Position numbers and translations under genes: made by a program
Shown: positions 9,513-20,570 of the stretch, one piece after another
Position numbering within the stretch: position 1 is the first letter of the stretch
How the letters are laid out: each line of letters starts with the position of its first letter
The notes under the pieces: model-generated
Databases searched by the model: none
Told to the model about the DNA's origin: nothing
The model's input: only the letters and a program-made list of their open reading frames with translations
Origin: Candidatus Obscuribacteraceae bacterium
Lineage (GTDB): Bacteria; Cyanobacteriota; Vampirovibrionia; Obscuribacterales; Obscuribacteraceae
Assembly (NCBI GenBank): GCA_044226015.1
Contig: JBGAHS010000009.1
Span: 96,001 to 160,000 of the forward strand
DNA length: 64,000 nucleotides
Direction of reading: 5' to 3'

Positions 9513-10154
9513 ATGGAAAAAGAATTGAATTTTGCTCGCGCGTGCAGCGCGGAAAATGGTCCTAGTTTTTATAATGCTGAGTCAAAAATAGTACGTATAC
9601 AGCAAGAGCTTGAACCTAAAGAGAAGCTGCTCTGGAGTGCTTCGCCTGATGCGAACCGAATGATGCTCCAGGCATTTGGACTCTGGTTTTTTGCCATTCC
9701 GTGGACAGTTTTTTCATTGTTCTGGGAGTCAATGGTCTGCTTAATGCCGTCGGATGGATTAACGAAACCGGTTATGTTGATATTCGGAACACCATTCATC
9801 TTGATCGGATTCGCAATGCTTTCAGCACCATTTTTTGCTAAGTTAAAAGGTGGACAAACTTTATACGTGATTACTGATAGGCGTGTTTTGATAGCTGAAT
9901 TCGGAAAGACTCTAGCAATTCGCTCTTACTTGCCGAGCGAGATAGGCAGAATTAGGCGTAAAGATCTTGATGGCGGAAAAGCCGACATATCATTCATCCG
10001 TTCAGTCGACTCTGAAGGCAGTATTTCACACGATGGATTTACAGGCGTGCCTGATGGACGAACTGCTGAAGCATATTTGCTAGATCTAAAAGCCAGGGCG
10101 CATGAAATTGAGCCACCAAAAGCTATGTTCAATTTTGATTGGAAGAAGCTTTGA
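9513..10154 (+). CDS. Membrane protein with bacterial PH-like domain
   Basis: LEPKEKLLW-x-x-x-P, two TM helices, then TLYVITDRRVLI, typical of bPH-domain membrane proteins. Confidence 0.75.
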   Translation: MEKELNFARACSAENGPSFYNAESKIVRIQQELEPKEKLLWSASPDANRMMLQAFGLWFFAIPWTVFSLFWESMVCLMPSDGLTKPVMLIFGTPFILIGFAMLSAPFFAKLKGGQTLYVITDRRVLIAEFGKTLAIRSYLPSEIGRIRRKDLDGGKADISFIRSVDSEGSISHDGFTGVPDGRTAEAYLLDLKARAHEIEPPKAMFNFDWKKL

Positions 10155-10167
10155 GTTTCAAAAAAAG

Positions 10168-10193
10168 AAAGAGCTGCTATATGCAGCTCTTTT
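10168..10193. terminator. Bidirectional intrinsic terminator
   Basis: AAAGAGCTGC-TATAT-GCAGCTCTTT between convergent genes, with A/T runs on both sides. Confidence 0.75.
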
Positions 10194-10225
10194 CCAATTC
10201 TCTTGTTCTATTATGCAGACCGGTT

Positions 10226-11170
10226 TCAGATAAGCGCATCAGCCGCGAACAGTGCTGGGTCAGCTTTAGCTAGAAGCATTCCTATCATTCTGCTGGCATC
10301 GCAGATGATACCAGAGGGCTCTTCCTCTTCTACTCGATGCTCTACACGTGGGGTCGGAATCGGTTCGAATGATTCCATGTCTGGATCCCACTTTTCACCA
10401 GGCATGTAGTCACTGCTCTGAGCCCAGAGTTTTGTAGCAGCGAAATCTGTCTCATCGAGCGTCGTTTCGATTGTAGAAATCGATTCAATTTCTGGAATTG
10501 CGGCGACAGTCGCTACTGCTGTTTCTTCAGATAGTTTTTCTTCAGACTGCTTCTCTTTTTCTTGAACGAAATTGTGCACTGACAGAAACAACTCTGTGGT
10601 GGACTTTTTCATTTCCGGATTTACTTTCTTGTTGTTGTCCCATCCGATTTGTCTGGTCGGAGTTTCTTCTATCTGGAGGACAGGATGAGCGCCACTTACG
10701 CTGAAATCCATATCGTTTACAGATGCAGCCTCGACTAACGCAGGTGCCTCTGCTACCTGTCTGGAGCCAGGCATCTCGCTCTTGCGTAACAAGGACAGGT
10801 ACTCATCTGTGTAACCGCCTCCCTCAGCATTTTCGAGAGTGGGATCCATGGTGTCGACCGCATAATTTCGACCTTGATTCTCATTAATGGTCATCTGCAT
10901 GTTGCGGCTCAGTTTAAAGCTCTTCTGAATCTCTTCGTGGATTTCTTCACGACGATGGTCAGATGTTGCAAACCAGTGCATCTTAGCGCGTATCCAGTGC
11001 TGGCGACCGCCTTCTATTCCTACTCCGAGAACATCGCGAGATTTCTCCAGAAACGTTTTTCTGAAGGGATCTGCTGCGCGGCCTGCTTCAACTTTCGTGC
11101 GGTCATTTCTGATTCGCTTCAATCTTTTGATTACAACATCGTGATTATGGAATTCGTCCAGGATATGCAT
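10226..11170 (-). CDS. Hypothetical protein (basic N-terminal domain, acidic low-complexity C-terminal half)
   Basis: 314-aa ORF ending near the terminator; no recognised motif. Confidence 0.65.
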   Translation of the reverse strand: MHILDEFHNHDVVIKRLKRIRNDRTKVEAGRAADPFRKTFLEKSRDVLGVGIEGGRQHWIRAKMHWFATSDHRREEIHEEIQKSFKLSRNMQMTINENQGRNYAVDTMDPTLENAEGGGYTDEYLSLLRKSEMPGSRQVAEAPALVEAASVNDMDFSVSGAHPVLQIEETPTRQIGWDNNKKVNPEMKKSTTELFLSVHNFVQEKEKQSEEKLSEETAVATVAAIPEIESISTIETTLDETDFAATKLWAQSSDYMPGEKWDPDMESFEPIPTPRVEHRVEEEEPSGIICDASRMIGMLLAKADPALFAADALI

Positions 11171-11463
11171 TTGTTGCCTGTTCCTCTGAAGTAGCCAATG
11201 TGCTAGTCAATATAGACCGCACTACCTCGGTGATGTCACTAGTCTAACCATCTGGAAAACTCTGTAAAGCGCCAAATGGCGGATTACTGCCAGACATTCA
11301 GCGGATATATTCTGCTGAATGCCCGATTATTAGACTAGCCCCCGACCACGCCTTGGTCATTGATCACCATGGACAGCATCATAATCGAGCGCTTGGCAAC
11401 CGTCAGTGTGAAAAATACGAACGATTACCAAACTATGTTAATTTCCGCAAATCTTTGCCCGAG

Positions 11464-13020
11464 CTAGACTGGAAGCACGCTGTGCTTCTTCTTAAGTCCC
11501 GGATTGCGTTTTTCAACTAAGGAATCAAATCGGTTGATGAGTTCCTGACGCAATTGACTGCCTGCTACTATGCCATCAATAACCAGTTCTGAAGCAAGGC
11601 GTTTGATGTCCACGTCGTTGCGGTATTCTTCACGCTTTTGCTCAACAAAAGCAGCTCGCTCAGACTCCGGCAATTCCATGATTTTGTTGTAGTAGACTGC
11701 GTTAACCGCAGCTTCTGGGCCCATCACAGCTATACAGGCGCTAGGAAGCGCCAGGCATGCGTCTGGCTCGAAAGCTGGTCCACACATGGCGTAGAGACCT
11801 GCACCGTAGGCTTTGCGGATGACTACTGATATCTTGGGTACATCTGCTGATGCCATTGCAGATATCATTTTTGCTCCAGCTCTGATGATGCCAGCGCGTT
11901 CAACCTTTGTTCCAATCATGAAACCTGGAACGTCGGCAAGGAAGAGCAGCGGAATATTGAACGCATTGCAGAGCCACATGAATCTTGCGGATTTGTCAGC
12001 AGAATCCACGAAAAGAACGCCACCTTTGACGCGCGGCTGATTTGCAAGAATACCCACAACGCGTCCGCCGATGCGGGCAAGTCCTGTAATCATTTCTGAT
12101 GCGAATAGTTTTTTGATTTCGAAGAAAGAACCTTCGTCAACTAATTTATCGATGATTTGGTGCATATCGAATGGAACATTTTCTTTCTCTGGAATTATCT
12201 GTTCAATAGTTTTCTCGATCTGCTTTGGTTCTTTAGCTGGCATGACCAGTGGCTTTTCATCACAATTTGATGGCATCAATTCAAGATAATCACGGCACAA
12301 ACTGATGGCTTCTTCTTCTGACTTAACGAGAATGTCACCGCAACCGCTGACCGAGCAGTGCATTTTTGCCCCACCCATTTCTTCCAGGGTGACCTTTTCA
12401 CCGATTACCATTTCAGCCATACGTGGAGAACCAAGATACATCGAGGCGTTACCATCATTCATGATGACAATATCGCAGAACGCTGGAATATAGGCTCCGC
12501 CAGCTGCCGATGGTCCGAACAAAAGGCAGATTTGTGGAATGTAACCCGAGAGCTGCACCTGGTTGTGGAAAATTCGACCAGCGCCGCGGCGTCCAGGAAA
12601 CATTTCAATCTGGTCTGTGATACGTGCGCCTGCTGAGTCAACAAGATAGATCATCGGAACGCGCATCTTGGTAGCAACTTCTTGAATGCGAATGATTTTT
12701 TCAACGGTTCTCCAGCCCCATGAGCCAGCTTTCACAGTGGAATCATTCGCCATGAAACAGATGGTTCTTCCGTTTACTTTGCCTACGCCAGTTACCACGC
12801 CGTCGGCAGGAAGCTCACCGCCCGCCATGAAGTTGGCGAAGAGACCATCTTCGATTTCGTAACCTGGGTCGAGCAGCAATCTCAAGCGCTCTCGCACAAA
12901 AAGCTTTTTGTCTTCGGCTGCCTTCTTGTGGTATTTGGGCGCGCCGCCCTTCTTTATTTCTTGCTCTTCATGCAGCAATTTTTGCGTCTTGTCATCAGCC
13001 ATCTTCAACTCAGTTACCAT
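11464..13020 (-). CDS. Acyl-CoA carboxylase carboxyltransferase (beta) subunit, MccB/YngE-like
   Basis: PADGVVTG, DSTVKAGSWG, DSAGARITDQ, GGAYIPA, ADVPGFMIG and KAYGAGLYAM motifs. Start at ATG 13020 or 13002. Confidence 0.92.
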   Translation of the reverse strand: MVTELKMADDKTQKLLHEEQEIKKGGAPKYHKKAAEDKKLFVRERLRLLLDPGYEIEDGLFANFMAGGELPADGVVTGVGKVNGRTICFMANDSTVKAGSWGWRTVEKIIRIQEVATKMRVPMIYLVDSAGARITDQIEMFPGRRGAGRIFHNQVQLSGYIPQICLLFGPSAAGGAYIPAFCDIVIMNDGNASMYLGSPRMAEMVIGEKVTLEEMGGAKMHCSVSGCGDILVKSEEEAISLCRDYLELMPSNCDEKPLVMPAKEPKQIEKTIEQIIPEKENVPFDMHQIIDKLVDEGSFFEIKKLFASEMITGLARIGGRVVGILANQPRVKGGVLFVDSADKSARFMWLCNAFNIPLLFLADVPGFMIGTKVERAGIIRAGAKMISAMASADVPKISVVIRKAYGAGLYAMCGPAFEPDACLALPSACIAVMGPEAAVNAVYYNKIMELPESERAAFVEQKREEYRNDVDIKRLASELVIDGIVAGSQLRQELINRFDSLVEKRNPGLKKKHSVLPV

Positions 13021-13295
13021 CCCTGTGCGTCCTTTTGCGAAGTCCGAAAGCACAAATTCTATCGTTCTAATACGCATAAGTGGTTGGGATTCATTTTCTT
13101 ATAGGCATTGACTGACGTGGAAGTGCTTTTGATATGATCTTCTACTCAGGTCCACGTAAAATTCTCATTTGGGAACGTTTAAGTCATGGACAAGGTCTGA
13201 GGCTGAAGTGGCAGTTAGCGACTTTCTTGAATGAACCCTTGCGCTTCGTCTTGCCAAACTTAGAAGTGTTTCAGGATGACCAATTAGGAGTGTCC

Positions 13296-14880
13296 ATGTC
13301 GGATAGTGAATTCGAATCGCGCCGCAAGTTTTTGCAGAATCTCGCACTTCTTGCTGGTTGTCAGTATTTTGGTGGCGATGTCTTCGCTGCTCCGGTGAAG
13401 AATGCCGCAAAGGCGCCAGCAACTAAACCGTCGGGAGGGGCAGCTGCAAAAGCTGGGGCAATCAAGACTCCTGCGAAATACAAGTTGGCTCCATGGACGC
13501 AGGGCGATGATTTTACGATGGGTCATAAGCTTCGTGCAGGAGAATGGCCTAAATTTCCTGAAAAGGCTGAGCGCAGTGTTGATTTTGTCATCGTGGGTGG
13601 TGGCGTTGCAGGCATGACAGCAGCCTACAATTTGCGCGATCAAAATTTCCTTTTGTTAGAACAATACGGTGAGCTCGGCGGGCATGCAAGAGGCGGTTCT
13701 TATCACGGCATCGACTATTCATGCGGCGCTGCATACATAGGTGTTATTGATGATATCTATGGTGAGCTGTATTCCGCAATCGGAATAGAACCAGTAAAAC
13801 TTGAACCAGAACGCAACGATTTTTACTTCAGCAACAAATGGTTCAATGGTACTAAAGGTGATGTCAGCAAACAGGTCTACAAGGAATTCAATCAACTAAT
13901 CGAGAGTTCCAGACCGATTTGGAATGGGCTTCCGGAAGATCCCGACCCAGTTAAAATAGCTGCCTCTGCAGATTTGACAAAATTAGATAACGGAACATTT
14001 GCTGGAAGCTTGAAAGGCTACAGCAAAGAATTCCTGGCTCTTATGGAATCCTTTTGCAAATCATCCTTCGGCGGGGGGCTCGATCAACTTTCAGCGCTTG
14101 CCGGGTATGCATTGATTCAAGACCTTGTTATTCCAACTTGGGTCTTCAAAGGTGGTAATTCCGCCATTGGAAAAGGGCTCAGCAAAAAGGTCACCGAAGC
14201 CGGTGCAGATAGATGTCTCAAGAATACATTTGTCTGGAAGATTGATATAAACGACAAAGGCGCGTCTGTCACTTATGAGTCAAAGGATGGTTCTCTTCAT
14301 AAGGTTGATTGTCGACATGTCATCATAGCGACACCGCCGCTGGTGGCGGCGCGTCAGCTCTCGCATATTCCTGATTTGGAGAAGGCGCTGCTCCTGGAAG
14401 GAAAAACTGTTCAAAGGTAGCTACGATTGTTTTGTGCCAGAGCCATACTCTTTTGCAGACATCACTGTGGCTGAAACTCCGTACATGAAGACTAATTCCT
14501 ATAAACCGGAAATGGGTTCTGTGCTGACAATTTATCAACCCTATCCTTACGGAACCATGGGCAGACCAATGCTGTTAATGGGCAACCGAGAAGAGTTTGC
14601 GGAAAGTCTCACAAAGCAAATGGAGCAACTCATTCCTGGGTTCTTCAAATCGATTGATGAGGTAGTGCTGACTCGTTGGGGTCATGCGCTAGCGATTGTA
14701 GGACCACAGTATTTTGGCAGGCTAGCAAAATTGCAGGCAGCACAAAAGAGCGATTCTTACACCCTTGCCCACAGCAGTATGGCAGGCTGGCCGGCAGTTG
14801 AGTCGGCCATTCGCGCAGGCACAAACGCTGCAGCAAAAGCCAGGAAGCTTGCTGCTAACCCTGGCTTCGTCGTACAGTAA
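13296..14880 (+). pseudogene. Tat-exported FAD-dependent (amine oxidase-like) oxidoreductase, split by a frameshift near 14400
   Basis: ATG 13296 with AGGAG RBS; Tat motif SRRKFLQ; IVGGGVAG and LGGHARGG motifs. The frame ends at 14420, and the coding continues in another frame (KLFKGSYDCFVPEPY...TRWGHA...ESAIRAG) to 14880. Confidence 0.75.
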
Positions 14881-14929
14881 TTTTATTACCGCTTTACGGT
14901 AATGTAGTTACGGTAGATACAGTAGGACT

Positions 14930-15259
14930 CTACTGTCCCGCGTCTTTCACCTTTATCAATTTTGGAACTGTGTTGGTTTTCATTTTGATTTTGTTGATAG
15001 GCTTAGCTCCTTTTTGTACAGATTCGTTGCTTATGTCAGTTACATCTACATACCAGACTTTGTTGTTTGCGTTGGGTACGCCCTTCGGAAAACAGTCTGT
15101 AGACCTGTTTTCCATCAATGGATGAAGTCCGGCTGGCGAAAGACCTGCCGCGACCCTTACTGTGCAAAATACAAAAAGAATCGCCAGACCAAGCAGTATC
15201 GCCAATAATTGCATCCACGGAATTACTGCAATTTCGTTGCTCATTACGTGTGATCTCAT
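14930..15259 (-). CDS. Small hypothetical membrane-anchored protein
   Basis: ATG with GAGGAGG RBS; single TM helix; 109 aa. Confidence 0.6.
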   Translation of the reverse strand: MRSHVMSNEIAVIPWMQLLAILLGLAILFVFCTVRVAAGLSPAGLHPLMENRSTDCFPKGVPNANNKVWYVDVTDISNESVQKGAKPINKIKMKTNTVPKLIKVKDAGQ

Positions 15260-15594
15260 ATAACCTCCTCGGGTAGCGGTTCTGCCCTGTTGGAGTCGAT
15301 GCTTTTATGCACTTTTTTGTCTGTTGATACCACTATACTCCTGTTGGGAATGTATGATTCTCCGGCTCTTTTCCCGGATTGCTCATCCGCAGATAAACCT
15401 AGCTTTTATCTTACGGAAAACACCTTCGCATTTAATTAATCAAGATGAAAACTGCTATGAATAGAGGCTTTTGTTCTGTGAACGAAAATCATATCTGGTG
15501 ATCTGGAAACAAATTGCTTATACTCAGTGAGTTGCGTAATTGCTGTCTGATTACAAGTGTAGTCGGCGCCTCAGTGCGGTTTTTCAAGGTTTTT

Positions 15595-18500
15595 ATGACT
15601 GAAAATTTCACCAGCCGTGACAATAGTATTTTCGATTTCTTTGACGAGCAAACCTTGTCGAAGGGGCGAAGTTATTTTATGCAAAGCAGGGTGAAGTCTT
15701 GCGAGAGAATCGGTGACAAGCTCGTCTGTGGAATTGTTGAAGGTTCACAGAAATACTGGGTGATGCTGAATTTTGGTGACAGCCAGAGTGAGCTATCCAG
15801 CACCAGTTGCGAATGCCCTGTCATGACCACTTGCAAACACGCAGCTGCGTTGGCAATTGCGTTTGTTCAGGAAGCTAGTAATGGTTTTGGACCACGTCCA
15901 ATTAATCAGACAATGCGAAATCAACGTGCAAGACAAAGCAAAGAAAGACGTGGCGAGTTCGAGCCTAGCGAGTTGTTGCAAAAATCCCTTTACCGACTAT
16001 CTGATAGCAAATGGAAATTTGATGGTGATAAGTCAGTTACGCCAATCAATCCCAAAGATTTGCAAACAAGCAAAACTGCTCGTTTTGTGATTTATACCTT
16101 AAAGGAAAATGTGCAGTCTATAGTTCCAATCATTGGAATTCACAAGGTTGCAGCACTCAAAAACGGAGCTATGGGAAAACCGCAGGAAATTGACCTGCAG
16201 AAGTTCTTTTATCCGCAGAGTCTTCCCGATATGCTTAATATAGCTGATGAGGAAATCTCGCGCCTCTGGCGTTCTACGCTTGCTGACAGGCATTTCTTTT
16301 CGCCGATTGCACCTAATAATTTACTGTTTGATGAACCTGACTTGTTGAATTTGCTCCTCAGCAAAATAATCAAAACCGGTCGTTGTTTCATGGACGATTG
16401 CTTTGAAACGCCGTTAAAGTTGGGACCCGCTCTGCCTGCAAGTTTCTCATGGGTTGAGTATGAACCGGGGTGGCAAAAAATCCAGCTTACAGCTGGTTCT
16501 GGCGATGCCGTCTTTCCATGTTGGAAGTGGAAAACACCCTGGTATTACGACAAGAGTTCAAACACTTGTGGTCCCGCTCTAGTGCCTGCGTCATCGGACA
16601 TGATTGAGTCTATCTGGTGGCTGCCTCCGGTAGATGAAGCAGACTCGGAGTCATTGCAGATTGCTCTGCCTGATTTGGGTTTGGATAATCTAGTGCCAAA
16701 GCCAAAGTGCAAACGCAAAATCGAACTGCGAGTTGTTCGCCCTGAAATGAAAATGGAGTCAAAGGAACTCAAAGTTCTATATGAGTTTCCCTACTTGCAA
16801 AATCGTATTGCGAAATCCAAATCGAAGGTTAAGACGCTAATTGTTCGAAGCACCACGCCTGATGCCAGTAACACGAAAGAAGAAGACGGCGTCATCATAA
16901 AGGAAAAGTTTGACCATGCGTTTGAGATAAGAAACTTGGCTCAACTCGATGGGTTGGGATTTGTTCAGATACCCTCGTACAAAGTTGGTGAGCCTGAAGA
17001 TTCTCGTGTTTTTATGCCTGCCCGCGTCGATGCCTGGCTGAATTTATTTAACGCAATGGAGACGTTGAAATTTAGAGAAAATTGGGTGATTAATGAAGAC
17101 GCTAATATTCGCCCCATGGAGTTGGGTGAAGATCAGCTAGAGCTTAGAGTAAGAGAAGACGGAAATTGGTGGCTTTCGCTTGCGTTGAACATACAAATTG
17201 GCAAGCACAAAGTTCCACTTCTTCCTATTCTACTGGCTGCTATAAAATCATTACCTGACTGGGAGTCATACTCTAAAGAGTCCATCGAGACTTTGAATCG
17301 CCATGGCTCTTTTGTAAGTTATCTGGATGATGCAACACCCATCAGCATGCCATTTGATAGAATTCGCCCAATTCTGTACGCGTTGCATGATCTGCTCTTG
17401 CGCAAGAGAATTGATGATATTTCAGAGCTGCGCTTGTCTATTATGGATCTTGCGCTCGATGAGAATGCAGACAATTCATTCTGGAATTCGGCCGAGAGTT
17501 CGCGCGCTCTGCTTGAGCGCATCATGCAATTGCGCGTGCCTGACCTTCGATTGCCGCCTGAGAATTTGACTGCGGAACTTCGCCCATATCAGCAAGAAGG
17601 TTACTCATGGCTCAAGCGTCTAGCTGAACAACGATTTGGCGGCATTCTGGCTGACGATATGGGGCTCGGAAAAACAGTACAAATGCTTGCGTTCATTTGC
17701 TCAGAGAAAGAACTCGGTAAAATGACGAAACCCTTTCTGGTTGTCTGTCCAAAGAGTGTATTGCCGAATTGGTTGAGCGAATGCGAGCGTTTTGCCCCGT
17801 CGTTGAAGGTACTGGCGCTTCGAGGGCAAGACCGATTTAAGAACTATGATTTGATTGCGGAAGCCGACATTGTGGTGACCAATTACGCTTTGATATCTGC
17901 CGATATTGATTTGCTTGAACATCGTGGATGGCATGGAATCGTGCTGGACGAAGCTCAGGCGATAAAAAATCAAGGCACTAAGCTTGCGAAGAATGTGAGC
18001 AAACTAAAGGCTGATGTGAAATTTTGCCTTACGGGCACGCCTATCGAAAACAATCTAGGTGAGCTCTGGTCCCAATTTAACTTTCTGATGCCGGGCTTCC
18101 TAGGTGACTATAGTTTTTTCAAAGAAGCATTTAGGAAAGCTATAGAAGAAGAGATGAATGCAGAAGCACTCGCGCTTCTCTCTCGTCGCGTGAAACCATT
18201 TTTGCTGCGCCGCACCAAGGAAAACGTCGCGCAAGACTTGCCAGGCAAAAACGAAATGTATATACGTGTTGAACTTGAAGGCTTGCAGCGAGACCTGTAC
18301 GAGACGGTTCGTGTGGCTTCGTCGAAGAAAGTACTTGAGGAAATTGCTCGAAAGGGTTTCAAGCAGAGTCAGATTGTTTTGCTCGATGCGTTGCTGAAGC
18401 TGCGGCAAGTTTGTTGCGATCCTCGCCTGGTGAAGAAGCTCGAGGCTGCTAAGAAAGTGAAGGAGACTGCAAAGCTAGATGCTTTGATGGAAATGTTGCC

Positions 18501-19044
18501 GAGTCTGCTGTCTGAAGGACGAAAAGTACTTGTCTTTTCACAATTCACAAGCATGCTCGATTTAATTAAAGAAGAGTTGGATAAGGCTCAGATTGATTAT
18601 GCGGAGCTTCGAGGTTCCACCGAAAATAGAGAGGTTCCTGTTCAACGTTTTCAGTCTGGAGAGGTCTCACTCTTCCTTTTGAGTTTGAAAGCTGGTGGCA
18701 CAGGTATCAATCTTACGGCTGCGGATACGGTAATTCACTATGACCCTTGGTGGAACCCTGCCGTTGAGAACCAAGCCACAGATCGTGCTCATCGCATTGG
18801 GCAGGATAAGACAGTATTTGTTTATAAGCTTGTAGTAAAAGGCTCTATCGAAGAAAAAATAATGGAGCGACAAAAACGCAAAAAGGCTCTTGCTGATTCA
18901 ATTTACATTGATGGTGGTAGCAGCTCATTCTCTCTTGATGAGTCGGATATTGCCAGTCTGTTGAGTCCACTCGAATTTTACACTCGTGATATAAACCCTC
19001 TCGAACCACCAGCAGATGAATTAGATTCCGAATTTGGTGACTGA
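15595..19044 (+). CDS. SWIM zinc finger / SNF2-family helicase
   Basis: SWIM motif CECPVMTTCKHAAAL; GILADDMGLGKT, DEAQ, LTGTPIEN, FSQF, SLKAGGTGINL and DRAHRIGQ motifs. Confidence 0.93.
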   Translation: MTENFTSRDNSIFDFFDEQTLSKGRSYFMQSRVKSCERIGDKLVCGIVEGSQKYWVMLNFGDSQSELSSTSCECPVMTTCKHAAALAIAFVQEASNGFGPRPINQTMRNQRARQSKERRGEFEPSELLQKSLYRLSDSKWKFDGDKSVTPINPKDLQTSKTARFVIYTLKENVQSIVPIIGIHKVAALKNGAMGKPQEIDLQKFFYPQSLPDMLNIADEEISRLWRSTLADRHFFSPIAPNNLLFDEPDLLNLLLSKIIKTGRCFMDDCFETPLKLGPALPASFSWVEYEPGWQKIQLTAGSGDAVFPCWKWKTPWYYDKSSNTCGPALVPASSDMIESIWWLPPVDEADSESLQIALPDLGLDNLVPKPKCKRKIELRVVRPEMKMESKELKVLYEFPYLQNRIAKSKSKVKTLIVRSTTPDASNTKEEDGVIIKEKFDHAFEIRNLAQLDGLGFVQIPSYKVGEPEDSRVFMPARVDAWLNLFNAMETLKFRENWVINEDANIRPMELGEDQLELRVREDGNWWLSLALNIQIGKHKVPLLPILLAAIKSLPDWESYSKESIETLNRHGSFVSYLDDATPISMPFDRIRPILYALHDLLLRKRIDDISELRLSIMDLALDENADNSFWNSAESSRALLERIMQLRVPDLRLPPENLTAELRPYQQEGYSWLKRLAEQRFGGILADDMGLGKTVQMLAFICSEKELGKMTKPFLVVCPKSVLPNWLSECERFAPSLKVLALRGQDRFKNYDLIAEADIVVTNYALISADIDLLEHRGWHGIVLDEAQAIKNQGTKLAKNVSKLKADVKFCLTGTPIENNLGELWSQFNFLMPGFLGDYSFFKEAFRKAIEEEMNAEALALLSRRVKPFLLRRTKENVAQDLPGKNEMYIRVELEGLQRDLYETVRVASSKKVLEEIARKGFKQSQIVLLDALLKLRQVCCDPRLVKKLEAAKKVKETAKLDALMEMLPSLLSEGRKVLVFSQFTSMLDLIKEELDKAQIDYAELRGSTENREVPVQRFQSGEVSLFLLSLKAGGTGINLTAADTVIHYDPWWNPAVENQATDRAHRIGQDKTVFVYKLVVKGSIEEKIMERQKRKKALADSIYIDGGSSSFSLDESDIASLLSPLEFYTRDINPLEPPADELDSEFGD

Positions 19045-19155
19045 TTTCCATGTAGATTTCAGATTGTAGTATCAATGTTGCCAATCGCCTTTTTTTCTTG
19101 TTGATTTCGCGTGATTTTGAAATCCCACGGAAAGTAGTTAAATAGTGCTTCTTAT

Positions 19156-20166
19156 TTACTGCTTGTCGGCCAGTGACGCGACGACCTTGGACAAACCTAC
19201 AACAACGCGGGAGAAACTGGGATAAGTGAGCTTGTCCGGTGTGTCTTGCATGGTGTGGTAGTGCTGGTTGCGATATGGTGCGGTGTCCGTTATCATCACT
19301 GCCTGAATGCCGTTTTTCCAAAACCACAATTGATCTGACCAATCAACTCCGTTTACCCAGTTTGGCGCGCTAACCCCCTCTGACGGAAACTTGCATTCTT
19401 TCCTGAAGGTTCCAATTGCATTCTCAACTAACTGTCGTGAATCTTGGTTCCCCACAAAAGCGAGGAAGTTACCCGTAGTTGGGTAGCCTGGCGTAAAGTT
19501 TGCAGGATATGTCTGTGAGTTTGGAGCGTCAGTGTAAAAGCCTAATGTCTCTAGAACAAGCAGCCCTGCTATCTTCTCCTGATTCTTCACGCAGCGGTTT
19601 GCATAAAAATAGCTTCCCATTTCTGTGCTAGCAAAGTACGGAGGTTCTTCATTGCAGAAAAAAACAAATCGAATTGTTTTGTTGAATTTCTTGCCTGCGC
19701 ACAATCTTGCCAGTTCGATGACGCTAGCTACGCCGCTACCATTGTCGTTTGCTCCGATACTACCTGTCACAGAGTCGTAGTGTGCTCCGACCAGAAGTAC
19801 CTCATCCGAACTGCCCTTCAGCGTGCATTCTAAATTTCTGAAAGTTTGTTTGTCGACCTCGAATTCTTGTTCACTTGTTTTATAGCCATTCTCGGACATT
19901 GCACCTTTGATGTAATCGACACTCCTTCTCAGTGATTCCTCTGTGTTTCTCTGTCCGATGTCTCCCGCCAGAACCTGAATGTGTTTTCGCAGTCTATTCT
20001 CTGTATCCTTTTCAATATCGTCGAGAGAGCCAAATTCTCCTTTGTAAGAATTTCCCGGCATGTGAATTACCGAACCTAAGCTCACTCCAATGGCAATTAG
20101 AATTGCCAGCAAAATCAAGTCGAGGATCAGTCGTTTTTTTGTCATCTGAAACATGTTTTTCATCAT
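19156..20166 (-). CDS. M28 family zinc peptidase with N-terminal membrane anchor
   Basis: VGAHYDS, GANDNGSG, EEPPYF, WSDQ and YHTMQD motifs. Confidence 0.88.
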   Translation of the reverse strand: MMKNMFQMTKKRLILDLILLAILIAIGVSLGSVIHMPGNSYKGEFGSLDDIEKDTENRLRKHIQVLAGDIGQRNTEESLRRSVDYIKGAMSENGYKTSEQEFEVDKQTFRNLECTLKGSSDEVLLVGAHYDSVTGSIGANDNGSGVASVIELARLCAGKKFNKTIRFVFFCNEEPPYFASTEMGSYFYANRCVKNQEKIAGLLVLETLGFYTDAPNSQTYPANFTPGYPTTGNFLAFVGNQDSRQLVENAIGTFRKECKFPSEGVSAPNWVNGVDWSDQLWFWKNGIQAVMITDTAPYRNQHYHTMQDTPDKLTYPSFSRVVVGLSKVVASLADKQ

Positions 20167-20284
20167 GTGCGGATTTTAACTCTCTGCTTGAGTTTTTAAT
20201 TATAAGCGCGATTGCACTTTTGGCGAAACAGTCCGCCGTGGACTTCGTGTGAGTTCGTATGCATGCTTTCTGAGCTTGTGGTGG

Positions 20285-20307
20285 ATAGTACCATTTGCTG
20301 GTACTAT
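20285..20307. promoter_or_regulatory. Palindromic operator upstream of hicAB (putative HicB site)
   Basis: ATAGTACCA-TTTGC-TGGTACTAT, a perfect 9-bp inverted repeat ending 6 nt before the hicA ATG. Confidence 0.65.
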
Positions 20308-20313
20308 GGTATT

Positions 20314-20570
20314 ATGAACAGTAAGCATCGAAAAACCTTGAAGCGGATATATTTTCCAAGCCAGTTAGCGGAAGCATTAGATGGTCTGATATTGAGGCTT
20401 TGCTTATGGATTTAGGTGCGGAGCTCTATGAACGTGAAGGCTCGAGGATCGGTGTTTTTCTGTTCTCAGAAATTAGAGTCTTTCATAGACCACACCAAAA
20501 TTCAAATACCGACAAGGGCGCAGTTGTAAGTGTTCGTAAATGGCTGGAAAGTCACGGAGTGAAACCATGA
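20314..20570 (+). pseudogene. hicA: HicA family toxin with a +2 frameshift
   Basis: Removing 2 nt from ATATAT (20347-20352) gives MNSKHRKTLKRIFSKPVSGSIRWSDIEALLMDLGAELYEREGSRIGVFLFSEIRVFHRPHQNSNTDKGAVVSVRKWLESHGVKP*. It has the HicA motifs GSR and FHRPH and an ATGA overlap with hicB. Confidence 0.85.
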
